The notes: generated by a model not told the origin, from the sequence alone. A stretch of 64,000 bases of DNA from an uncultured Pelagibacteraceae bacterium (GCA_902600635.1 CACKKE010000001.1:15194-79193); one strand, 5' to 3'; numbered from the stretch's first letter, positions 1 to 9,760 are shown. A program made the numbers and translations.

Positions 1-173
1 CCATAAGGGATTTTAAAAATACGAGAGGCGATCAAGGTAATTTTCAAAAAGAGTTTAAGGTCTATGGTAGAGACAAACAAAAATGTAAAAGATTTAGTTG
101 TTTGGGAACAATTAATAAAATAACTCAATCAAATAGATCAACATTTTTTTGTGAAATATGCCAAAAACAATAA
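1..173 (+). CDS. mutM: Formamidopyrimidine-DNA glycosylase, 3' fragment (truncated by window edge)
   Basis: Hand translation from nt 3: IRDFKNTRGDQGNFQKEFKVYGRDKQKCKRFSCLGTINKITQSNRSTFFCEICQKQ*. This is the Fpg C-terminal 4-Cys zinc finger (VYGR..C..C....RSTFFC..CQ). Confidence 0.9.
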   Translation, partial: IRDFKNTRGDQGNFQKEFKVYGRDKQKCKRFSCLGTINKITQSNRSTFFCEICQKQ

Positions 174-181
174 ATATATTA

Positions 182-210
182 TTGACCAGACCTATTTAAG
201 CGGTTATACC
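182..210 (+). promoter_or_regulatory. Candidate sigma70 promoter of rpsT
   Basis: TTGACC (182-187), 17-bp spacer, TATACC (205-210), 11 nt before the ATG. Confidence 0.55.
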
Positions 211-221
211 CCTGCAAAATT

Positions 222-482
222 ATGGCTAATACAAAATCAGCAATTAAAAGAATTAGACGAGTATCTAAACAAACTGCGGTTAACAAAGTGAGAAAAAGTA
301 GATACAAAATTGCATTAAAAAAGATGAACGTTCTGATTGAAAATAAAAAAAAATCAGAAGCTTTAAAGTTCTTACCCAAGTTGAATTCTGAGTTAATGAA
401 GATTGCTAAAACTGGAATTATAAAAAAACAAAATGCATCCAGGAATGTATCAAGAATTACAAAAAAAATAAGTTCCCTATAA
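222..482 (+). CDS. rpsT: 30S ribosomal protein S20
   Basis: MANTKSAIKRIR N-terminus, 86 aa, basic. Confidence 0.97.
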   Translation: MANTKSAIKRIRRVSKQTAVNKVRKSRYKIALKKMNVLIENKKKSEALKFLPKLNSELMKIAKTGIIKKQNASRNVSRITKKISSL

Positions 483-657
483 TTTTCTATACCTCAAGTT
501 GATTCAACTTTAAGAATACGCTTTATATATGATGCTTTAATCTTAGATTACAATATTTAGAATTAGTAAAAAAATATTATATTTAATTCAATCATAAATT
601 TTATTTATTTTTTAAATACATAAAAAAAAAATTTGTCAAAGAAATTTTTAAAAAAAT

Positions 658-666
658 TTTTACACA
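658..666 (+). promoter_or_regulatory. Single DnaA-box-like 9-mer upstream of dnaA
   Basis: TTTTACACA matches TT(A/T)TNCACA. It may occur by chance in AT-rich DNA. Confidence 0.3.
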
Positions 667-753
667 ATCCCAGATTTTATTTATTTTTGGTTTATTAAAA
701 TAATTTGTTGCAATAACCATCATTATTGATGTAACTGGAGTCTCTCCAAAAAA

Positions 754-2154
754 ATGAACAATACGTATATAAATAAAAGTTTTGATAAGATTAATCTTGA
801 TTGGAAACTTATTCAGTCTGAATTAAAACTTAAATTGGGAATAGAAGTTTACGAAAGTTGGATAAAAAAAATCAATTTACATGAAGAGTTTAATAATTAT
901 ATATTATTAACTGTTCCTACCAGGTTTATTCGTGATTGGATTACATCAAGATATTTAGATCAAATTTTACAAACTATCAAAAAACATAACAAACAAATTA
1001 TAAGAATAGAATTTAAGATTATAGAAAAAAGGGATAATAAAAGTGAAAAGTTTAATGATCTTAACCAAACAAACAATACTGAAAAAGTCTCATTTATAAA
1101 AGACTCTCATCTCCAATATAGTCGAATAGATCTCAATAAAAGATTTGAAAATTTTTTAATTGGCTCAAGTAATAAAATAGCGTTTGAGGCTTCCCTAAAA
1201 GTATCTGAGAATATTTCTTATTATAATCCACTTTACATTTATGGTGGCGTTGGTTTAGGCAAAACTCACCTTTTAAATTCGATAGGCCATGAAATGAGCA
1301 AAAACAAAAAAGTAATGTTTATTTCTGCTGAACGTTTTATGTATCAATTTGTAAAGTCAATAAAATCTAATGATATGGTCAAATTTAAAGAGCATTTTAG
1401 AAATACAGATGTTTTATTAATTGATGATATTCAGTTTATGAATGGTAAAGAGGCTATGCAAGAGGAGTTTTTTCACACTTTTAATGCACTTTTGGAAAAA
1501 GGATCTCAAATAATTGTTTCTGCGGATAGGCCTCCTAGTAAGTTATCCAGAATTCAAGAGAGAATTAAATCAAGATTTTCTGGGGGTTTGGTAGTAGATA
1601 TTCAAAAACCTGAATACGATTTGAGAAGAAAAATAATAAACCACAAGATTAATGAGTTAACAACACTATACAATGATAAATTAAACATCACAGATGAAAT
1701 TCAAGATTTTATAAGCAACAAAATTACAACCAATGTTAGGGAATTAGTAGGAGCAATAAATCGAATAATTTCATTTACAAGAATTTACAACAAGGTGCCA
1801 AGTTTATCAGAAACAAAAGTTATTTTAAAAGATTTATTAAATTTAACAGAAAATAATGTGTCCATAGACTCAATACAAACAATTGTTTGTAAGTTTTTTA
1901 AAATTAGTAAAAATGAAATGTTATCCTCAAGGAGATCAAGATATTTAGTAAGACCAAGACAGACTGCTATATATTTAACAAAAATTTTAACTACAAAATC
2001 GTTACCAGAAATAGGAAGAGAATTTTCAAATCGGGATCATACGACTATAATTCATTCTGTAAAAACCATTGAAAAATTAAAAGAAAAAAATTCAGATATG
2101 AATGATAACATAAATAAATTAAAAAATATTATTCTATATAATAAGGGAGAATGA
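754..2154 (+). CDS. dnaA: Chromosomal replication initiator DnaA
   Basis: Walker A GGVGLGKTH, LLIDDIQF, QEEFFHTFN, C-terminal RDHTT DnaA-box-binding motif. Confidence 0.98.
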   Translation: MNNTYINKSFDKINLDWKLIQSELKLKLGIEVYESWIKKINLHEEFNNYILLTVPTRFIRDWITSRYLDQILQTIKKHNKQIIRIEFKIIEKRDNKSEKFNDLNQTNNTEKVSFIKDSHLQYSRIDLNKRFENFLIGSSNKIAFEASLKVSENISYYNPLYIYGGVGLGKTHLLNSIGHEMSKNKKVMFISAERFMYQFVKSIKSNDMVKFKEHFRNTDVLLIDDIQFMNGKEAMQEEFFHTFNALLEKGSQIIVSADRPPSKLSRIQERIKSRFSGGLVVDIQKPEYDLRRKIINHKINELTTLYNDKLNITDEIQDFISNKITTNVRELVGAINRIISFTRIYNKVPSLSETKVILKDLLNLTENNVSIDSIQTIVCKFFKISKNEMLSSRRSRYLVRPRQTAIYLTKILTTKSLPEIGREFSNRDHTTIIHSVKTIEKLKEKNSDMNDNINKLKNIILYNKGE

Positions 2155-3263
2155 AACTTAACATTAATCAAAAAGAGCTTCAGGAAGCTCTAAGCTACTG
2201 TCAGGGTGTAATAGAGAAAAGGAGCACCTTACAGATACTTTCCAATATTTTACTAGATGCTAGTAATTCAAAACTAACCATTACAGCCACAGATCTAGAT
2301 TTAATTTTTATTCATCAGATAAAAAATGTAGAAATTTTAGAGGAGGGAAAAACAACAACAACTTCGTCAATCATGTTTGATATTGTGAGAAAATTTTCTT
2401 CAGATAAAAAATTGAATTTATCAATGAAAAATGGAAGTAAACTTCAGTTAGAGTCTGAAAAGTCAATATTTAATTTAAATTGTATTAGCCCCTCAGAGTT
2501 TCCACTTACTGATGAAAATTTTAATGAAAATGTTTTTACTTTAGAATCTAAAAAATTTTTGAAGCTATTGAATAAATGTAAATTTTCAATTTCAAATGAT
2601 GAGACACGACATTATTTGAGTGGTATATATTTTCACCAAACGGAAGTTGAAGATAAGATTTATTTAACTGCTGTAGCTACAGATAGTCATAGAATGTCAA
2701 TTTCGAAAATAAGGTTAAGTGAAAAAATAAATTTTAATCCAATTATTCTTCCCAAAAAAACTATTTTTCAACTTTGTTCTTTATTAGATAATTATGATGG
2801 AGATCTTAAAATATCAAATTTAAAATCGAAAATTAAGTTTGAATTAGCTAACAGCACTTTAATTTCTAAATTAATTGATGGAAAATTTCCAAATTATGTA
2901 CAAGTTATTCCTAAAAATAATCAAAAAAAATTAGAAACTGATCTAAAATTATTTTTAGGATCTATTGATAGAGTTGCATCAGTATCACTAGATAAAAAAG
3001 ATGGAGTTAAATTTAAATTATCAAAGGATACATTGAGTCTTTCAGTCAATAATACTACCAGTGGAGATGGGAATGAAACTTTGAATGTTCAGTTTAATGA
3101 TGATTTAGAAATTAGTTTTAATTCAAGATACTTAATAGATGTTGCTTCACAGTTGGATGGAGAAAAAATAGAGCTTTTTTTAAATGATACTGGATCTCCA
3201 GCTTTAATAAAAGATCCTAGTGATTTTGATAGTATCTACGTTGTGATGCCTATGAAAGGCTAA
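2151..3263 (+). CDS. dnaN: DNA polymerase III beta clamp
   Basis: ATDSHR, GKFPNY, C-terminal VVMPMK; follows dnaA. Confidence 0.97.
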   Translation: MKLNINQKELQEALSYCQGVIEKRSTLQILSNILLDASNSKLTITATDLDLIFIHQIKNVEILEEGKTTTTSSIMFDIVRKFSSDKKLNLSMKNGSKLQLESEKSIFNLNCISPSEFPLTDENFNENVFTLESKKFLKLLNKCKFSISNDETRHYLSGIYFHQTEVEDKIYLTAVATDSHRMSISKIRLSEKINFNPIILPKKTIFQLCSLLDNYDGDLKISNLKSKIKFELANSTLISKLIDGKFPNYVQVIPKNNQKKLETDLKLFLGSIDRVASVSLDKKDGVKFKLSKDTLSLSVNNTTSGDGNETLNVQFNDDLEISFNSRYLIDVASQLDGEKIELFLNDTGSPALIKDPSDFDSIYVVMPMKG

Positions 3264-3961
3264 TTGATCAGATTTAATTCTGAATAAATTTTGTCCTCTA
3301 AAGTCTTAAGAAATATATCTTTGTCTAAGTCATTATTTATTCGTTGCAGGATGGAGATAGTTATAGTTCTATTACTTATTTTTTTACCTGATTTAGGCCA
3401 GACATATCCAGAATTAATGGCAACTGGCTGACAAGTAATTTTAAGTTTCTCATAAATTCTAGAAGCGCCTTTTTTAAAAGGTGGTCTTTCATTAGGCAAA
3501 ACTCTGGTTCCTTGAGGAAAAATTATTAGAGGCCTGTCTGAATTTGAAACTACACTTAAAATTTCATCATAAAAACTGAGATTATCTTTTGTAATTTGAT
3601 CTCTTTTAACTGATATGGATCCAATTTTTTTCAGATACCATCCAAAGATAGGTATGAGTAATAATTCTTTCTTAAGAACGAATACTGGTGAGTTGAATAT
3701 AGTTTGAAGAAAGAAAGTTTCAAACATTGATTGATGTGAGGCTGCTATAAAAAATTTTTCATCTCTAATAATATTTTCAGTCCCTTTAATTATTATTTTT
3801 GTTGAAAGAAAAAATCTTAAGCAAAAACTCGTCCAGTGACCCATTAACTTACCACCAAATAACACTACTTGTTTAGGTAAGAAAAATGAGGGCAAAAAAA
3901 TTATTGAAATAATAATAATTCCAGTAAAAAAAAATAATGAAAATATAGAGTTTCTAAACAT
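3260..3961 (-). CDS. plsC: 1-acyl-sn-glycerol-3-phosphate acyltransferase (PlsC family)
   Basis: SHQSMFE (HxxxxD/E-like) and IFPQGTR acyltransferase motifs. Confidence 0.85.
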   Translation of the reverse strand: MFRNSIFSLFFFTGIIIISIIFLPSFFLPKQVVLFGGKLMGHWTSFCLRFFLSTKIIIKGTENIIRDEKFFIAASHQSMFETFFLQTIFNSPVFVLKKELLLIPIFGWYLKKIGSISVKRDQITKDNLSFYDEILSVVSNSDRPLIIFPQGTRVLPNERPPFKKGASRIYEKLKITCQPVAINSGYVWPKSGKKISNRTITISILQRINNDLDKDIFLKTLEDKIYSELNLIN

Positions 3962-3972
3962 TCTGTTAAAAG

Positions 3973-5187
3973 CTAGATTATTTCCGTGTACTTTTGTCTT
4001 TTTCTAATTACATTAATCTTTGAACCTTTAATTAATAATTCTGTTGGCTTAAGCCTTAGATTATAATTAGAGCTCAATGACATACCATAAGCGCCAACAT
4101 CGCATATAGCTATTAAATCTTTTTCCTTTAATTTTTGGAATTTTTTTAAAGTTATAAATCTATCAGTGCTTTCGCAAATTGGACCAACGAATTCATAAGG
4201 TTTATTTGATATTTTATTTGATCTTATTACTGGCAATGTTCTATGAAAAGCACCGTATAATGCGGGTCTCATAAGATCATTCATAGCAACATCTAAAATT
4301 ATAAATTTTTTCCTACCAATATCTTTAATATAAATGACTTTACTAATTAACATACCGGTATTGCCAATTATAGATCTACCAGGTTCAAAAATAATTTTTA
4401 CTTTGTGCCTTTTGAGAAAATTATTAATTGCAGTGTTATACTTTTTATAATTAAGTGCTTTGTTTTTATCAGAATAATTAATTCCCATACCTCCACCTAA
4501 ATCAATAAATTCGAATTGGTGATTAGTCTTGTCTAAGATATGACTGACAGCTTTAAGCATTTTTCTATAGGGCTTGTGATCTAAAATTTGGCTACCTATA
4601 TGAACACTCAAACATTTTAAGTCTATATTTTTTGAACTTTTACAAAAATTAACAATTTTATGAAGTGTATTTTTATTTACTCCAAATTTATTCTCTTTTT
4701 TCCCAGTAGAAATTTGATTTAGTGTTTTTGCATCTGTATTAGGATTAAGTCTAACCCCTACTCTAACTTTTTTGTTTCTTAATTTTGCAAGTCTATTTAT
4801 TTCCATTATTTCACTCAATGACTCAGCGTTAATGAGTAGTATTTGTTTATTTATTGCAAAATTCAGTTCACTAGAAGTTTTTCCGACTCCAGAAAATACT
4901 ATCTTATTTGGTTTTATTCCTGCCTTTAAGGCCATCATAAGTTCACCCAAAGAAACTACATCAGCTCCTAAACCAAATTTTTTAATTTCCCTAATTAAAT
5001 TAACATTGGCATTAGATTTTACTGCAAAACAAATTAATGGTGAAAAAGACTTAAAATTTTTTTTAAATCTATCTATATTTTCTTTTAATTTTGAATATGA
5101 ATAACAATAAAAAGGTGTTCCAAATTTTTTAGCAATTCTCTGGAAATTGACTTTTTCCATTGTGAGTCTTTTATTAATGTATTTCAT
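3973..5187 (-). CDS. lysA: Diaminopimelate decarboxylase
   Basis: FAVKSN PLP lysine, HIGSQ, DLGGG, EPGR, GPICES. Confidence 0.96.
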   Translation of the reverse strand: MKYINKRLTMEKVNFQRIAKKFGTPFYCYSYSKLKENIDRFKKNFKSFSPLICFAVKSNANVNLIREIKKFGLGADVVSLGELMMALKAGIKPNKIVFSGVGKTSSELNFAINKQILLINAESLSEIMEINRLAKLRNKKVRVGVRLNPNTDAKTLNQISTGKKENKFGVNKNTLHKIVNFCKSSKNIDLKCLSVHIGSQILDHKPYRKMLKAVSHILDKTNHQFEFIDLGGGMGINYSDKNKALNYKKYNTAINNFLKRHKVKIIFEPGRSIIGNTGMLISKVIYIKDIGRKKFIILDVAMNDLMRPALYGAFHRTLPVIRSNKISNKPYEFVGPICESTDRFITLKKFQKLKEKDLIAICDVGAYGMSLSSNYNLRLKPTELLIKGSKINVIRKRQKYTEII

Positions 5188-5318
5188 GAAATTTTGTTAA
5201 TTATAATCGTTGGTATTTTAATTTCTTTATTTAAAACTTTATATTCAGGATCACCTTTCTTTCCACAAGAAACTAAAATACAACAAACTGAAATAACAAA
5301 TGTAATTTTTTTAATCAT
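5184..5318 (-). CDS. Small lipoprotein, LptM/YifL (LppL)-like, 44 aa; not in the ORF track
   Basis: MIKKITFVISVCCILVSCGKKGDPEYKVLNKEIKIPTIIINKIS*. It has a lipobox LVSC followed by GKKG, and ATGA overlaps with both the argH stop and the lysA start. Confidence 0.8.
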   Translation of the reverse strand: MIKKITFVISVCCILVSCGKKGDPEYKVLNKEIKIPTIIINKIS

Positions 5319-6706
5319 CTAAATTTTTTATATTTCCTTATCATCTTTTTGATATTATCAAAAGATGTTCCACCATAAGATTTTTTGGAATTGACAGAAT
5401 TCTTTAAATCAAACACTTTTAGCACATCTTTTGTTAATGTTGGTTCTACCTTTTTTAAGTCTTCTAAGGATAATTCATTAAGTTTTTTCTTTTTCTTTTC
5501 AGCTGAATTCACTACTAAAGCTGTTTTTTGGTAGGCTTTTCTAAAAGACATTGAATTATTCTTAACAAGATAGTCTGCTAAATCTGTTGCAGTAATGTAA
5601 CCTGAGTATGCTAATTCAAGCATTCTTTTTTTATTAGGACTTACATTCTTAAGAATTTCATTAAATATTTTTAAACTTTCAAAGAGAACATCATATGATT
5701 TAAAAATAATCTCTTTATCATCTTGAAGATCTTTGAAATATGAAAGAGGCAATCCTTTTAATATGGTAAACATTGAAAATAAATTACCAAAAGTTATTCC
5801 AGATTTACCTCTTAAGTACTCTAAAAGATCAGGATTTTTTTTCTGTGGCATTATTGATGAACCAGTTACTATTTTATCTGAGAGCTTAATCAGATTAAAA
5901 CCATCAGAATTCCAAATAATTAATTCTTCGGAAATTCTCGATAAATGCAACGAACAAACAGAAACACTATAAAGAAAATCTAAAACGAAATCTCTATCCG
6001 CTACAGTGTCGATTGAATTATTTGTAGGCTTTTCAAAACCAAGTTTTTTTGTCGTATATTCCCTGTCAATGTCAAATGAAGTTCCAGTTAATGCAGCAAC
6101 GCCTAATGGATTTTCATTTAAACTGTCTAAATTATTCTTAAATCTGTCTTTGTCTCTTTTAAACATCTCTACGTATGCCATTAGATAGTGTGCAAATGAA
6201 ACTGCTTGTGCATTTTTCAAATGAGTAAAACCTGGCATAATAGTATCTATATTTTTTTCAGCTAAATTAATTGAATTTTTAATTACGTTATTTAACATCA
6301 CACTAATTTTCTGATTTGCAGATTTAATCCAGATCTTAAAGTCGGTTATTATCTGGTCGTTTCTTGATCTTGCTGTATGAACATATCCCGCTTCTTCACC
6401 AATTATTTGAAACAGTCGTTTTTCAATATTTATATGAATGTCCTCGTATTTTTTATTAAATTCAAATTTTTTATTAGATATTTCTTTTTCAATTTTATTT
6501 AGTCCATAAATAATTTTATTTTTTGTTCTAAAAGAAATTATTTTTTGTTTAAATAACATTTCTACATGAGCAATAGAACCATTTATATCCTCCTTATAAA
6601 GTCTTTTATCTACATCAATAGAGCTACCTATTTTTTGTGAGAGATTAGACGAATTATTTTTAATTCTTGTATTCCATATTGTCTGGTTGTTTTTATTTTT
6701 TACCAT
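5315..6706 (-). CDS. argH: Argininosuccinate lyase
   Basis: HTARSRNDQ, MPGFTH, GSSIMPQKKNPD signature. Confidence 0.97.
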   Translation of the reverse strand: MVKNKNNQTIWNTRIKNNSSNLSQKIGSSIDVDKRLYKEDINGSIAHVEMLFKQKIISFRTKNKIIYGLNKIEKEISNKKFEFNKKYEDIHINIEKRLFQIIGEEAGYVHTARSRNDQIITDFKIWIKSANQKISVMLNNVIKNSINLAEKNIDTIMPGFTHLKNAQAVSFAHYLMAYVEMFKRDKDRFKNNLDSLNENPLGVAALTGTSFDIDREYTTKKLGFEKPTNNSIDTVADRDFVLDFLYSVSVCSLHLSRISEELIIWNSDGFNLIKLSDKIVTGSSIMPQKKNPDLLEYLRGKSGITFGNLFSMFTILKGLPLSYFKDLQDDKEIIFKSYDVLFESLKIFNEILKNVSPNKKRMLELAYSGYITATDLADYLVKNNSMSFRKAYQKTALVVNSAEKKKKKLNELSLEDLKKVEPTLTKDVLKVFDLKNSVNSKKSYGGTSFDNIKKMIRKYKKFR

Positions 6707-6730
6707 GATAATTAATTATACCTATTTAAT

Positions 6731-7240
6731 ATGAGATTATTAATAATATTTATTTTAATGCTATCAAATTCTTTTGCTAGCGAAGCTTCCGATATAAAAA
6801 ATTTAGTCATTAATAAAGAGTTAAAAAATTACAGTGATATAACGTTTTTGAACATTAAAAATAAAGAATTAAATTTAAATGATTATAAAGGAAATCTAGT
6901 TTTATTGAATTTTTGGGCAACTTGGTGTGCTCCATGTAAAGATGAAATGCCATCTTTAGATTTGTTAGCTGAAAATCCAAATTTAGATAATCTAAAGATA
7001 TTTCCTATAAATATTGGTAAAGATACTAGCCAAAAATCTTTAACTTTCTTTAATGATTTGAAGATTAAAAATTTAGAAATATATTTTGACTCACCCAATA
7101 CATTGGCAAAGAAATTTAAATTAAGAGGTCTTCCTACAACTATACTTTTTAACAAAGATGGACTTGAGTTTGCGAGAATAATTGGATCAATCGACTTTAT
7201 TGATGAAAAATTTATTGAGTGGTTAATTAATTTTAATTAA
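6731..7240 (+). CDS. tlpA: TlpA-family thiol:disulfide oxidoreductase (exported)
   Basis: Signal peptide, NFWATWCAPC, GLPTT; divergent from argH. Confidence 0.85.
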   Translation: MRLLIIFILMLSNSFASEASDIKNLVINKELKNYSDITFLNIKNKELNLNDYKGNLVLLNFWATWCAPCKDEMPSLDLLAENPNLDNLKIFPINIGKDTSQKSLTFFNDLKIKNLEIYFDSPNTLAKKFKLRGLPTTILFNKDGLEFARIIGSIDFIDEKFIEWLINFN

Positions 7241-7440
7241 TTTTTAAAAAAATATGCAAAAGCAACTAAAGCTATAATTGCTATAAATTGTAGTAAGACT
7301 CTTAATTGCATTAATTTATTAGAGTATTTCTTACTTGTTTCTCCACCTTTAAATAAAGTTCCAATACCAAGAATTAGAACTAAACCAACAGCCACTAGTA
7401 AGATTATAGATAAAATTTTTACTAATATTCCAGAAATCAT
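7237..7440 (-). CDS. Twin-transmembrane-helix small protein (HIG1-like)
   Basis: Two hydrophobic helices flanking GG...SNKLMQLRVLLQ. Start reassigned to the ATG at 7440 because the longer ORF overlaps the next gene. Confidence 0.8.
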   Translation of the reverse strand: MISGILVKILSIILLVAVGLVLILGIGTLFKGGETSKKYSNKLMQLRVLLQFIAIIALVAFAYFFKN

Positions 7441-7489
7441 AAAATTATAGTAGGTTGTTTTATAGATAAAAAAACATAAATCAATTACT

Positions 7490-8143
7490 ATGACATTTTG
7501 CCTTGATACGACCATTATAAAACCAGAAAAAGATGTGAAAATTGAAAACGCAGTCATTTTACTACATGGCTACGGAGGTGATGGTAATGATATAAGTATG
7601 CTTTCATTAAATTGGAAAAGACACCTTACAAATACAATTTTTCTCTGCCCGAATGGTCATGAACCTTGTCCAATAAACCCATCTGGATATCAATGGTTTG
7701 ATCTTACAAAAGATGATCCAAAATACATTTTAAATGAAACAATCAAGGCTGAAAAAAAACTCAATGAATTCATAGATCAGGTAAAAATTAGATATAATTT
7801 AGAAAATGATAAAATTTGTTTGTCTGGTTTTAGTCAAGGATGTATGATGTCAATTAATTTAGGGCTTACATCTAAAAATAAATTTAGTTGTGTTGTAGGT
7901 TTTTCTGGCAAGATTATTAATCAAGAGGATCTCGAGCAAAGAAAGAGAACATCAGCAAATATTCTTTTAATTCATGGTGATTCTGATCAAGTTGTCTCAC
8001 CCAATTATATGTTAGAGGCAAAAGATTTCTTTATTAGATCTAATATTGAAATAGAGACACATTTAATTAAGGATTGCGACCATCATATTCCCATCGAAGC
8101 TTCCAGCATAGCATTGAATTATATTTTAAAAAAAATAAAATGA
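7490..8143 (+). CDS. Phospholipase/carboxylesterase (alpha/beta hydrolase)
   Basis: LLHGYGG, GFSQG nucleophile, HGDSD, late His. Confidence 0.88.
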   Translation: MTFCLDTTIIKPEKDVKIENAVILLHGYGGDGNDISMLSLNWKRHLTNTIFLCPNGHEPCPINPSGYQWFDLTKDDPKYILNETIKAEKKLNEFIDQVKIRYNLENDKICLSGFSQGCMMSINLGLTSKNKFSCVVGFSGKIINQEDLEQRKRTSANILLIHGDSDQVVSPNYMLEAKDFFIRSNIEIETHLIKDCDHHIPIEASSIALNYILKKIK

Positions 8144-8188
8144 GTTCTTAATATTGAAATCATTTTTTATTTAAGCTAAAATTAATTT

Positions 8189-8758
8189 ATGAACAACTTT
8201 ATTGAACAAGATGTATCATTAGAAAAATGTCCTGCATTAGTTTTAAATGCTGATTATAGACCTTTAAGCTATTACCCATTATCATTATGGTCTTGGCAAG
8301 ATACAGTAAAGTCAGTTTTTTTAGATAGAGTAATTATAGTAAGTAGTTATGATAGAATTGTAAGAAGTCCATCATTCAAAATGCAGCTTCCAAGCGTTAT
8401 TGCTCTTAAAGATTACATAGTTCCACAATCTAAACCAAGTTTTACAAGATTTAATGTTTTTTTAAGGGATAAATTTTCTTGTCAATATTGTGGAAGTGGA
8501 GAGGAATTAACTTTTGATCATTTGTTACCAAGATCAAAAGGTGGAGAAACACACTGGGATAATGTTGTAACAGCATGTTCAGCATGTAATGTTAAAAAAG
8601 GTGGAAAATTATTAAAATCCTCAGGAATGAAACTCAATCAATATCCTTATCAACCATCAACTGAAGATTTACATAGAAATGGAAAGAATTTTCCCCCTAA
8701 TTATTTACATAAAAGTTGGATGGACTATTTATATTGGGATGTTGAGCTGGAAGCATAA
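8189..8758 (+). CDS. HNH endonuclease family protein
   Basis: RDKFSCQYCG...DHLLPRSKGG...NVVTACSACNVKK. Confidence 0.9.
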   Translation: MNNFIEQDVSLEKCPALVLNADYRPLSYYPLSLWSWQDTVKSVFLDRVIIVSSYDRIVRSPSFKMQLPSVIALKDYIVPQSKPSFTRFNVFLRDKFSCQYCGSGEELTFDHLLPRSKGGETHWDNVVTACSACNVKKGGKLLKSSGMKLNQYPYQPSTEDLHRNGKNFPPNYLHKSWMDYLYWDVELEA

Positions 8759-8760
8759 AA

Positions 8761-9291
8761 TTAAATTTTCTCAGAAATATTTATTGCTAATTTAGATCCA
8801 GTTTTAATAATTCTATCCATTATAGCGTATAAGCCTTTTTTTGTTGCACCCTCTTCATAAGCAATATCCTTATGATCTAATTCATCTTGTCTAAATTTTG
8901 TAATTTTCTTTTTTAATTCTTCTTCTTCAGGACCAAGCTGATTAATTTGATCTAAATAATGTTTATCAATAACTTCTTCAACGGATGCCGTACATAGCAT
9001 CGCAGCTTTTTTACCTAATAATGTAGATCCAAATCCCAATCCAACACCTAATAAATCCCATAAAGGTAAAAATTTTGTTGGTTCAATATTTCTTTTCTTT
9101 ATTTCGTTTTCAAAAAATTGACAATGTTCTATTTCATGTTCTTTCATATCTTCAATTGTTTTTTTTAAACTTTCATTTCTTACAATAGTGTTTAAAGCTA
9201 ATAATTGACCTTCATAGATTTTAACAGCACCTCTCTCTCCAGCATGATCAACTCTGATAAATTCCTGTACTCTTTTATTTGTTTTTTTCAT
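8761..9291 (-). CDS. coq7: Demethoxyubiquinone hydroxylase (Coq7 di-iron)
   Basis: IRVDHAGERGA, EIEH, VEEVIDKHY, DELDH di-iron ligands; ATG at 9291. Confidence 0.9.
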   Translation of the reverse strand: MKKTNKRVQEFIRVDHAGERGAVKIYEGQLLALNTIVRNESLKKTIEDMKEHEIEHCQFFENEIKKRNIEPTKFLPLWDLLGVGLGFGSTLLGKKAAMLCTASVEEVIDKHYLDQINQLGPEEEELKKKITKFRQDELDHKDIAYEEGATKKGLYAIMDRIIKTGSKLAINISEKI

Positions 9292-9760
9292 ATCTCTCAA
9301 AAATTTTTAGAAGTGTTATAATAAACAATAAACTAATTACAATATTAATACTTGTTAATGATAATCCAAAAATCCTAAATGTCACATCTCTACAGCTTAT
9401 TATTTTTTCATTAAATTGTTTTAGTAAATCTTCTTTGGTGATACTTTCAGTTAAATTCTTCACCCCACAAACAGTGGACTCCTTAAAAAAACCTTGTTCA
9501 ATTCCATAATGATAAAATGAAATTGCAAAAGAGAATATAAAAGTCAGAATTAATAACAAAACTAAGAATTTTTGATTTTTTTGGATTAAAAAAAACACCA
9601 TTATTATCATCATACTTAATCCATAAGGGATTCTCTCTATTAAACATAAATTACAAGGCTGGTGACCAAGAACATATTCTATAAAAAATGCAGAAATTAA
9701 AGCAATAAAGCTAAATAGAAAAATTATTTTTAAATAAAATTCAGCTTTGAAATTAAACAT
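9275..9760 (-). CDS. dsbB: Disulfide bond formation protein DsbB family
   Basis: PCNLCLIER, four TM helices, second Cys pair. Confidence 0.85.
   Translation of the reverse strand: MFNFKAEFYLKIIFLFSFIALISAFFIEYVLGHQPCNLCLIERIPYGLSMMIIMVFFLIQKNQKFLVLLLILTFIFSFAISFYHYGIEQGFFKESTVCGVKNLTESITKEDLLKQFNEKIISCRDVTFRIFGLSLTSINIVISLLFIITLLKIFERYEKNK

Noticed and set aside
483-753. AT-rich rpsT-dnaA gap as the replication origin
   Set aside because: Only one relaxed DnaA-box match was found. Alphaproteobacterial origins are typically away from dnaA (near hemE), and GC skew could not be computed.
8189-8758. HNH endonuclease as a mobile or homing element
   Set aside because: No intron, intein, repeats or integrase. 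It resembles the housekeeping-context HNH family of alphaproteobacteria.
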